A stretch of DNA of 20,000 nt from Saprolegnia diclina VS20 (lineage: Eukaryota), in NCBI RefSeq assembly GCF_000281045.1, contig NW_008246104.1, positions 430,809 to 450,808 of the forward strand, in the 5' to 3' direction. The notes under the pieces are model-generated. The model did no database searches. It was not told where the DNA came from and saw nothing but the letters and a program-made list of their open reading frames with translations. Shown one piece after another: positions 11,586-20,000 of this stretch (position 1 is its first letter; each line of letters starts with the position of its first letter). A program made the position numbers and the translations under genes.

Positions 11586-11897
11586 GCCACTGGCAAAGAT
11601 GCGCGGGCACATGCCCTCCCACGCCATACAGACGGCTGTGAAGGGCCACTGCAGCCTCATTCTGGCCGCGCTCTACAGCAAGGCCCTGCTACCCTCAATG
11701 CCCGACCAAATGTAGCATCACAAAGCACGTCCAGATATTCAATCTGGATTGGACGTGCTTTGTGACGCTACATTCGGTCGGGCATTAAAGGTAGCAGGGC
11801 CTTGCTCTGGAGCGTGGCTAGAATGAGGCTGCAATAGCCCTTCACGGCCGTCTGTGCGGCGTGGGAGGGCATGCGCCCACGCATCTTTGCCAGTGGC
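11586..11897. repeat. Long foldback inverted repeat (148-bp arms, 16-nt spacer)
   Basis: Arm 11586-11733 is the ungapped reverse complement of 11750-11897, with 15 mismatches by manual count. Confidence 0.95.
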
Positions 11898-11913
11898 GCA
11901 GCTTGATTCTACA

Positions 11914-12620
11914 TATATATATATATATGAACGTGTTCCGCGTTATCTTCATTATGACACAAAGACTTCGCATACGTAGCGCTACGCCTGAATGCGTGGG
12001 AGTTAGCACTTGGTCGTTGGGAGTGAGCTGGGCACGGAGAGATCCATCCCGTGGTGGACCCCACTCGCCGAGTCATAGCTCGCACGACGCAGGCTCCTGT
12101 ACTCTACATGCCATTGATAATACGCTGAGCGAGACGTCAAAGGCTGTTTGCATCTAGCGTGGTGCCGTGACGCCGGTCGACTCATTGGCGGACGCTGCAA
12201 GGACTCTACAACAAGGCTGATCGATGGTACGTCGGAGGAGCGAGAGGCTCCGAGGCAACGTCTAGACCGCCAGAGATGTGCTCACTGCCACATTGTTATT
12301 GGTCGCAGACGCCAGATACAAAGATGAGGCGAAAGGAGCGGTCCATCCGTTGGCGTCAAAGGAGCGGTGGCCATCGTGATCAATGGGCTCCTACACAGCG
12401 CCCTGTGTGAGCTCGTCACGCCTGGGTGCAAAGTCGGCTACAGTACTGTGTCGGGCAGGTGCAACGCAACGCTTGATGTTTCAAGCAAGCTGACGCCGAG
12501 AGGAAGAAGACGTGAAAGCTGGCGTTGGCCAGTGGGCGTTGGCGGCTGTTGCTGCGTGCGCTAGGCCGAGCCTCGTGTCAACCGCCGCTTTGGAGAGTGT
12601 CGCGAGGAAGACCGCATCAT
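11914..12620 (-). mobile_element. (TA)n-tailed retroposed unit, body type B (B2), ~707 bp, with 14-bp TSD
   Basis: TA run from ~11914 followed by the conserved module. Flanked by AGCTTGATTCTACA (11900-11913) and AGCTTGATTCTGCA (12621-12634), 13/14 identical. Confidence 0.7.
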
Positions 12621-13000
12621 AGCTTGATTCTGCACTGCGATGATGAGCACCTCGCTCCGGCGCCTCGCTACGGTCCTCGGAGCGGTGGATCTGCTGCCCC
12701 CAACGTCGTTGAGAGGAAGACCATGGTGCTCGTGGCGATCGTGCTCAGCTCGGACAATCGAAGCGAAGAAGACATAATCGATTAGGACTACGGGAACTAC
12801 GGGCCGAATGCCCCGGCCAACTGCGGGCTGCTCGCTTCTGGTGGTTGCCTACATGTGCGACAGCCTTGGTTCCTTAGGAAGGGCCATGCCTCATGTCACG
12901 ACGATGATCTACAGTAGGGTGACAGCGTTTCTGGTGTGCATCTTCGTGATCGACGACCTCATTCTCGCCTACCTCAACTTTGCTGCGCATGCTCCAGCCG

Positions 13001-13160
13001 GGCTCAAAGTGACGACGACAACGACAAGGACGTGTCTGACAACCCCAAGGTCATGCCTAACAACAATGAGGACATGATCGACGACGGCACTCGTTGTAGT
13101 TGAAGATGACTTTGTCGTCGTCGGACATGTCCTTGTCGTCGTCGGTCGTTGCTTTGAGCC
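13001..13160. repeat. Second, more diverged foldback inverted repeat (~70-bp arms, 19-nt spacer)
   Basis: GGCTCAAAGTGACGACGACAACGACAAGGACGTGTCTGAC...AACAACAATGAG (13001-13070) against the reverse complement of 13090-13160, GGCTCAAAGCAACGACCGACGACGACAAGGACATGTCCGAC...AACTACAACGAG. Confidence 0.85.
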
Positions 13161-13234
13161 GCTGAAAGTTGTGCGTGAGCGATAAGTGGCCGGCAACGAG
13201 CGCGGACCCGGCTGATGACCTCGCGTTCACGTTG

Positions 13235-13470
13235 GCGGATCGCGAGCTTCTTGCTGGTCTTCGCCTTCGGAGCTGCGCACTAGAGAGAGCGCGCGCTCGG
13301 AAGCGCAGCTTGGCGGTGGCTTCTGGCGCGACGAACTTGTCTTGGCCTTCCGGACCCAGCGGTGCTCAACCTTGGATCGGGTTGTTGCTCTGAACTGATT
13401 CAGCCGGAAACGCTGTTTCAAACAGCATTTTGGACCAGAATCCGCTTCGAAATCCTGCTGAGCCAATATC
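13235..13470. repeat. Diverged direct repeat, copy 2 (copy 1 at 9721-9975)
   Basis: Same collinear blocks as 9721-9975. Confidence 0.75.
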
Positions 13471-13639
13471 GGATATCGCTTCACGTTGATACGCTACTTT
13501 GACACGCTGCGGCCACGCAACCTCGCCCCGCTGGCAACAGCGCACAGGAGTCGTATATGCAGAGTTTTCACGCTGCTTGTAGGGTACTTTGCAACTTGCA
13601 TCGACTGGTATAACAGCGATACCATTGCAGTCGCTCCAT

Positions 13640-13849
13640 TCGACTTGCCATGGCTAAAATGCTGCGCGAGATGCCAACGGTTGCGTGCGTCTAGCGTGGG
13701 CCGACTTACTGTCCACAGCCATCGTGATCAATGGGCTTCGACACAGCGCGCCGTGTGAGCTCGTCGTGCCTATGTGCAATGACGGCTACAGTGTCGGGCA
13801 GGCGCAGCGCGACGCTTGACGTTTTAAGCTCAGAGGAAGAAGACATGAA
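13640..13849 (-). pseudogene. Tail-less homolog of the type B body; decayed ORF starting at ATG 13846 (MSSSSELKTSSVALRLPDTVAVIAH...)
   Basis: 13718-13849 matches 12370-12516 and 13640-13712 matches ~12103-12187. The ~180 bp between those blocks in B2 is absent here. Confidence 0.6.
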
Positions 13850-14203
13850 GAAAGGCTGTGATTTCACACGTTTTTTACACGTGCGGTGCGTCACATTATC
13901 CGGTCGTACGATCCAATAATAGAGGTATTTATATCACAGATTGGGCCAATGTGCGCATGAGGACCTACCAAGTCGTCGTCGCGTGAAATATGTGCGTATC
14001 GCGTGTAAAATACTTCAGCTTCTGATGATAGCGTGTGGTGAGATCATCTCACCACACCAAATGCACTCACTCGTCTAGTCTTTCCAAGTTCACACCACTC
14101 TAAACTGCTAGGGTTCACGTAGTCTTGCTGCGCCGTGGTTGGCGTTGGCAAAGGCAGCTTGCTTGTCGACCGGAAATGGGGGTACTCTGAGCTACTCACC
14201 GAA

Positions 14204-14596
14204 TGACCACGGTCGCTTCCGAGCTTGCAGTCCTTCGGCGCTGATACAGCCGGAGATGATCGCAATTCGCACAAAAAGTATTTGGGATCGATTTATGTCG
14301 GCACAAATCAATGGATTGCATACAAAAGCAGCGTCGTCGCAGTTTAGAATTGCGACCCAGCGCCTGCGATGCGCCCGACGCCGAACAGTGCAATCGTCCA
14401 AGGCGTGGCCGCGTCTTTCTTGGCGAGCTTGGTCCTCTCGTGCCCGACATCCAGAACATGTGTACTGTGTTCTGTGGGTTGTCACAGGTTTCGCGCGTGT
14501 CGTGACCTTGTTGACGATCAAGTTGGGGTGCTCCAGAGGCAGTATGGCTCCGGAGGCGCCTCGGCGCAGTACAAGGCCGCAGTGGCAGCAATCTGC
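14204..14596. repeat. Diverged copy of the region upstream of phosphatase paralog 3 (18429-19030)
   Basis: 14204-14359 matches 18429-18584 and 14407-14596 matches 18780-19030. It contains the empty insertion site TCCAGAGGCAGTAT at 14532-14545. Confidence 0.88.
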
Positions 14597-14705
14597 TCTC
14601 GAAGCGAGTTGTTAGTTAGTTGTTAATGGCGTATTACTAGGAGTCGTCGCGGTCGAAGTCATCGCATCGTCGTTGCGGCGCCATTGACTTGGCAATGTCG
14701 ACCGT

Positions 14706-14800
14706 GTCCCACGCGGTACACGCATGCGCGAGCTCGCGATCGACTAGCTGCTAAATAGCCCATGCTTGGGCAGCTGGTCGATGTCCGGGCGAAGCCCTCA
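14706..14800. repeat. 95-bp direct repeat identical to 15271-15365, abutting the assembly gap
   Basis: Exact match GTCCCACGCGGTACACG...CGGGCGAAGCCCTCA. Confidence 0.9.
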
Positions 14801-14900
14801 NNNNNNNNNNNNNNNNNNNNNNNNNNNNNNNNNNNNNNNNNNNNNNNNNNNNNNNNNNNNNNNNNNNNNNNNNNNNNNNNNNNNNNNNNNNNNNNNNNNN
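14801..14900. other. Scaffold gap (100 N)
   Basis: Run of 100 n, typical of a placeholder for a gap of unknown size. Confidence 0.99.
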
Positions 14901-14986
14901 CACTGAGGGGCTCGGTCATCGAGGTGGGTACTCAGACGGCAGGAAGGCTATGGTCTGAAACTAGCCCATCGACCTGAATGCACCGG

Positions 14987-15245
14987 TATATATATGAGCG
15001 TGTTTTGCGTTATCTTTTTAGTTACACAAAGACTTCGCATACGTAGAGACTAGCAATCTCCTTCTTCTTCTTCTTTCGCTCGCCGGGCCGTGGCTGCGCA
15101 GGCGGCGGCGCGGGGGCTCGTCTGGCTCTTCTGTCGTCGCCCTACGACGCTTGCGGCCGCGGGAGAGGCACTGGACGACAAGGTCAGTAAAGCTCTTCCA
15201 GGCGTCGCGGTCGGCGGCAAAGCTACGCTGATGTCAAGATCCTCG
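14987..15245 (-). mobile_element. (TA)n-tailed element copy A2 within duplicated block 14901-15245
   Basis: TA run at 14987-14995, conserved module and type A body. It shares ~90 bp of flank with A1, so it was duplicated together with its flank. Confidence 0.6.
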
Positions 15246-15679
15246 GAAGACCCAGTCCCACGCGGAGGAAGTCCCACGCGGTACACGCATGCGCGAGCTC
15301 GCGATCGACTAGCTGCTAAATAGCCCATGCTTGGGCAGCTGGTCGATGTCCGGGCGAAGCCCTCAGCGGACGTCTTGCTCGGCACGATCCTCTCAATCTA
15401 CTCTGGCTGGCTGGCTTGCGGCGCACCGAACGTGGCTAAAGGCTCCGGCGGCCGGCCACCAGCGAAAGCGCGTGCCCCGGTACCCAGCCATCCTGAGGCG
15501 ATTCTTGTAGCAGCAGATGCGTTCTTCGCGCCCATACCGACGAAGCGCGTGCTGCCCTCTCGGCTCTGATCGAGACGCACGCTCTAGTTCCCAAAGTTCT
15601 CACGGCGCAATGACGTATTTGCTCGTTGCGGGGACACACCGACGACCCAGACCAGCACAAAGCTTGAGCCAACGTGTGC

Positions 15680-16150
15680 TTGGTCGGCGAGACGCATAAG
15701 AGCTCGCAACTGCACGAGGCGGTGCGTCGATTCAAGGCCGACACAGTGTGAAGCACCGTTGCAACGTGCAGTGCAAGATCGACAAGCACCAAGGCCGCCG
15801 TTGGCGCGTGCAATCACGCGTCGGTGCCGCCTCTCTTGCAGCACGACGCCGACATGGGTCTCGCTCGTGGACGAGACCCGGGACGGCGCACGACCTCGTT
15901 CTTGGTGTGCGGTGGCGTACGTGGCTGGCGGCTTTCAGCCGACTTGGTGCCCGCAACCCGCCAGTTGCGCTGTTGCGGTCCTTGCATTCCTCTGGCGTGT
16001 GGATACATTCCACTACAGTTCGTCTGCAAAGCCGGGCCTGGCGGGAAGGTTAAAATTATAGTTTCAGGTGCAAACGTTTGATCTTGCCTCGTCGTGCTTG
16101 CGTAAAGTAGATGTACGCAAGGCGCTCTTGGAACGAGGCGCAAAGCAAGG
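15680..16150 (+). pseudogene. Ankyrin-repeat pseudogene
   Basis: Ankyrin-like fragments SQLHEAVR, VPPLLQHDADM, GYIPLQFVCKAG..KVKIIVSGANV* and (other frame) VDVRKALLERGAK, broken by stops and frameshifts. Confidence 0.5.
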
Positions 16151-16270
16151 CTCGGTATACACATCGGCATGTTGGGTGTGGCGATGTGGCGGTCGCGCTT
16201 GTCACTTGTATTATCCGGACGACCGGATATTCGCGTCAAAGATCCAAAAAAACCAGGCAGGACGCACGCA

Positions 16271-16651
16271 ATGACGAGTAGCGCCAACGACGCCGCTGCC
16301 AGCACCACTACAGCCCGGCGCGCGGCAGGCGCCGGCCGCGGCTTCACGCTCCGCAGCACTCTCAGCTCGCTGCCCAGCGGACGCGACAACAACGACAGCA
16401 TGCGCAACAACAACAACGACAGTACTGGCAACGACGACGACGGCGCCGCAATGCTTGCGCTGCTGTTGGCCAGCACAGACGTCGACGTCGACATGGGCCT
16501 CGGCCACGAGATGGGTCACGGCGCGGTCGCCTCGCCCAACGCTTCACGGCCGCTCGTCGTCGATACGGGCAGCGCCCACAACAGCGGCGACGACATCGCG
16601 ACGAATAGCTGTCACTGCCAGACACGTAATGCCGTATGCAGGACCCAATGA
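16271..16651 (+). CDS. Hypothetical 126-aa low-complexity protein convergent with phosphatase paralog 3
   Basis: ATG 16271 to TGA 16651, GC3-rich codons, N/D-rich tract. No recognisable domain. Confidence 0.25.
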   Translation: MTSSANDAAASTTTARRAAGAGRGFTLRSTLSSLPSGRDNNDSMRNNNNDSTGNDDDGAAMLALLLASTDVDVDMGLGHEMGHGAVASPNASRPLVVDTGSAHNSGDDIATNSCHCQTRNAVCRTQ

Positions 16652-16770
16652 CTCATTTGACAACAGAGAAAGATGAAGATTGCATGCATCGTAGTACATT
16701 ACAGACATTATGATCCATTTTGTCGTCATGGATAAGCATATGATCAACCGATCTGCGTATTCATATTGAC

Positions 16771-18403
16771 TTAGACCGCGCTGTAGACATTGTTCGGTGC
16801 TTGCTGCCGCGACACAAAGTACCCAATGACAGCGCCAACGAGGCAGCCGCCGACGCCGACGATCGCCATTGACGTCACCGAATAGCCCGAGGCTGCATTC
16901 GTCAGTGAGGTGGCACTGCTTTCTTCGATCTTTGCTTCTGTCACCGAGCCATTTGTCAAGCCGGTAGGCCACGACAAGGTGCCGTTGGGGCCGCAGATGG
17001 CGTCGTCCGTCGCAAAGGCCGTCATGTTTAAGAACGTCTCGATTGGGCAGAGCTCTGACGTGCAGTGGGGCACCGGCAGCGGCTTGCCGAGGTACGTGAG
17101 GCGGAAGAAGAAGCTGCCGCCATCGCGCGCGTAGAGCTCGAGCGTCACGTGGCTTGCGTACGGAACCCACTCGGTGAGGTACACGTCGCCACCGAGCGCG
17201 GCGAGCAGCGGCATGAGCGTCGAGTCGTGCACTAACACCAATGTCAGATCGTCATGTCGTCAAGTTTTGTCGTCCAACATACCCGCCGAGAGCACAAACC
17301 GTGGGCCGCGGCCCGCCAGTGCAGCTTCAAGACGGGCGCGGATGAGCGCGACAAACTGGGCGCTGCCCGTCTTGGCGTAAATGTTGTTCTTGTAAAAGTA
17401 CGGGAGCAGCGCGGTGGTCTCGGCGCGAGTGGCTGCCTGCAGAAAAAAGGTGCTGTTCATTTGGCCCGGCAGACGCTTGTCGTTGCAGCGCTGCGTGAGG
17501 AGGCAGTCAAAGCCGAGGTCGTCGTTGAAGCCAGGAATCGTCGCCTGCAGCTGTGCCCGGATCGCCTTGTTGGTGCGGTTGGTGTTCCACGCAGCGGCCT
17601 CGGGCGACGCTGCCCACGCCTTGCTCAGCGCAGTGAGCGCCGGGCACGTCGTCGGGTTGGGGATCCAGTGCGAGACGGCCATGTCGCTCGTGTGCCACGG
17701 CACAACGACACGCTCGCTCGCTGCAAACATGTTTTGGACGACAATCTACACAGTCCATAATGAATGAGGCGCAAGGCCGCAACAACGATGTGTGGACGGA
17801 CCTGGCCCGACCCAAGCGTCCGGTCGAGGTCCGTGCTCTCAAAGTACACATCTACACAGCGGTATTACATATGGGAGCGACACCAACAATGGCGGTGAAG
17901 CATCTACCTGCGGTGTTGGTGAGATCGATGGCTTCGTCGGCTTGGAAGAGCGCGAGTGGGCCCTGGCCCACGTACGCCTTGCGAAAGTACGCGCCGTTCT
18001 GCTGCTGCTGCGTGTAGCCTTCGTCGATGAGCTGCCCGAGGAGGCAGTTGCCACGAAAGACGTTGGCGCCGTCGACGTAGATCTTGTCAAAGGTCAAGGA
18101 CGACGGCACGCTGCGTGACGCGTGCAAGATTGGCGCCACTTGGTCGCGCAGGTTGCAGTTCCACACCTCCTTGTAGTCGGTCCAGCACTTGGCGCCGCTG
18201 TACGGCGTGCGCGCGCCGTGGCGCACCATGATCTGCACGTGCACGAGCTTCATGCTCGACGCCTGCGGGTCCGCCACGGGCTGGATCGCAAACTCCGACA
18301 TGTCCTTGGCGCAGTAGCGCGGGTAGCCCGACGCATCGATGGCAAAGCCGGCGGCGGCCGCGACGGTCAAGGCGGCGGTGAGCGCACGGGGCACGAGGAG
18401 CAT
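16771..18403 (-). CDS. Histidine acid phosphatase paralog 3, type I membrane, 4 exons
   Basis: ATG at 18403 (MLLVPRALTAALTVAAAAG). Motifs VRHGARTP, VHDSTL and WVPYAS. Introns 17852-17907, 17746-17801 and 17232-17282. Ends in TM (MAIVGVGGCLVGAVIGYFV) then SRQQAPNNVYSAV*. Confidence 0.93.
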
Positions 18404-18894
18404 GGCACCGAGGTGGGCAATGACTAACTGACCACAGTCGCTGTGGTTTTCCGAGCTTGCACGGTGGGACTCAGTCCTGGATGATCGCAACGCGCACAAA
18501 ATGTATTTACGATCGATTTGTGTCGACACAAATGAATGGATAACATACAAATGCAGCGTCGATGAGGTTTCGAATTGCGACCCATTTCAATATTATCCGG
18601 ATGCAATGGCTGCGGTACCGGTACGGTGCTCATCGTGGGTGCACTTCAGCACCCAACGTCCTTTGGGTTCACTGCCGGTTTTCGACACCGTAGCGACTTG
18701 GCAGTCGTGGATCACTGGGTTTTGCTGCAAAGGTGCCGAACATTATCTTCCTATGGGCTTTGCGCTTCCTGAACCGCTCGGCTGCGTCTTGCTTGGCGAG
18801 CTCGGTCCTCTCGTGCAAGACCTCCAGTACTGTGGGTTGTCATGCGTGTCGTGACCTTGTTGACCATCAAGTTGGGCTGCTTCAGAGGCAGTAT

Positions 18895-18965
18895 ATATAT
18901 ATATGAACGTGTTTCGCGTTATCTTCATAGTTACACAAAGACTTCGCATCCGTAGAGACTAGCAA
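18895..18965 (-). mobile_element. Minimal 71-bp (TA)n-tailed element (A3) with perfect 14-bp TSD
   Basis: Flanked by TTCAGAGGCAGTAT at 18881-18894 and 18966-18979. The paralogous segment at 14532-14545 has a single site and no insert. Confidence 0.88.
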
Positions 18966-19273
18966 TTCAGAGGCAGTATGGCTCCGGAATCGCCTCGGCG
19001 CAGTAGAAGACCGTGGCGGCAGCAATCTGCGCTTTTTCGTCGCTGGTCGTGTCACTTGTTGAGCGAACGGTCGATCGATCGACTCGGATGTTCCGACGTA
19101 TCGGCGCCACCAAGGGTAAGCTTTTTTATTGACCCTTGGCGCCACGTTGAAGTGCGCGGGCCGTGCGCCACGCAATCCACGCATATAAGTGGTAGATATC
19201 TTAGGATTTCAACGCCATTTTATCCAATCCAGTGCCATCAAAGACCAATCCAAACACTTCAAGTTGGACCAGG

Positions 19274-19309
19274 ATTGGCCATAATGCGAGAAGATGCGCC
19301 GCGGATTGG
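19274..19309. promoter_or_regulatory. Two reverse CCAAT boxes upstream of the RRM gene
   Basis: ATTGG cores at 19274-19278 and 19305-19309, both in GGATTGG context, 60-95 nt before ATG 19369. This placement is similar to that upstream of the PTGES2-like gene. Confidence 0.35.
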
Positions 19310-19368
19310 TCAAAATTATCGTGCCTGATCAAGGCAAAGCCCAATTCGGCTCTGTCGCAGCTGTGCGG

Positions 19369-20000
19369 ATGACCGAGCCCGACTGCAAGACGCTCTGGAT
19401 GGGCGACGTCCAGATCAACTGGGACGAGGCCTACGTGAGCTCGCTCTTTGACGCCGTTGGTACGACGACGGCACCAACTGTATCGTCCGTTCACTGCTGC
19501 AACGTACTAGGCCACATCCCAGTCGTCAAGCTCATCCGCGACAAGGCCACGGGCTATCCCGCCGGCTACGGCTTCCTCGAGTTTGACTCGCAAGAAGCAG
19601 CGATCGACGTCTTGGCAGCGCTCAATGGACAGCCGATTCGTACGCGCCGCCACATCGACGAAGCCTCATAGCTGTGCCTCGTAGCCAACACGCCGCACCG
19701 ATTTCGCCTCAATTGGGGCGCGGGCGGGAAGCGCCTCGAATACATGCAAAAACACTCGATCTTTGTGGGCGATCTCGCCGGCGACGTCACGGACGACGTG
19801 CTCTTTGCGACCTTCTCGGCCAAGTACGCGTCCGTGCGCGGCGCCAAAGTCGTGCTCGATCAGATGAGCCGCATTTCCAAAGGCTTTGGCTTTGTGCGAT
19901 TCGGCGTCAAGGCCGAGGCCGACCAGGTACTACACGCCATTGTGCATCTCCTACGACCACATTATGGGATGCTAGGCGCTGCTGCAGATGCACGGCGAAG
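19369..20000 (+). CDS. Multi-RRM RNA-binding protein of the TRNAU1AP(SECp43)/RBP45-47/NAM8 family, 3' truncated by the window
   Basis: MTEPDCKTLWMGDV, VKLIRDKATGYPAGYGFLEF, FRLNWG, HSIFVGDL and GAKVVLD..SRISKGFGFVRF. Introns 19460-19510, 19640-19684 and 19927-19975. Confidence 0.92.

Noticed and set aside
15080..15115. Body A peptide PRRRLRSHGPASE resembles PRRFRSHTASE at the A3 insertion site
   Set aside because: It is short and Arg/Ser-rich in non-validated frames, so likely coincidence.
15271..15372. Hammerhead ribozyme in the structured 95-bp repeat or at other CTGA sites
   Set aside because: No CUGANGA...GAAA core with correct stems was found by eye.
16495..16522. GHEMGHG resembling an HExxH zinc-protease motif
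   Set aside because: It is isolated in a short low-complexity ORF with no other peptidase features.
1..20000. CRISPR array, tRNA/rRNA, autonomous RT or transposase ORF
   Set aside because: No regularly spaced repeats, cloverleaf or intact RT/DDE ORF was seen. The locus is eukaryotic.

Overview
This is a eukaryotic, GC-rich, compact locus with 45-56 nt introns and mostly GTAC(G) donors. That style fits an oomycete, probably Saprolegniales (inference). Five credible genes are present: a PTGES2-like GST-fold protein (+, 1010-1992); three paralogous branch-2 histidine acid phosphatases (-, 2538-4340, 5190-6841, 16771-18403), each with signal peptide, RHGARTP/HD motifs, a C-terminal TM helix and a terminal YxxV sorting motif; and the 5' part of a TRNAU1AP/RBP45/NAM8-type RRM protein (+, 19369->20000). 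The phosphatase array is interrupted by about 10 kb of decayed gene relics, dispersed duplications, two foldback inverted repeats and a 100-N gap. The most notable structure is a short (TA)n-tailed element family with 5 copies. A conserved ~60-nt 3' module is fused to two unrelated bodies, two copies have 14-bp target-site duplications, and one has its empty site preserved in a paralogous segment of the same window.
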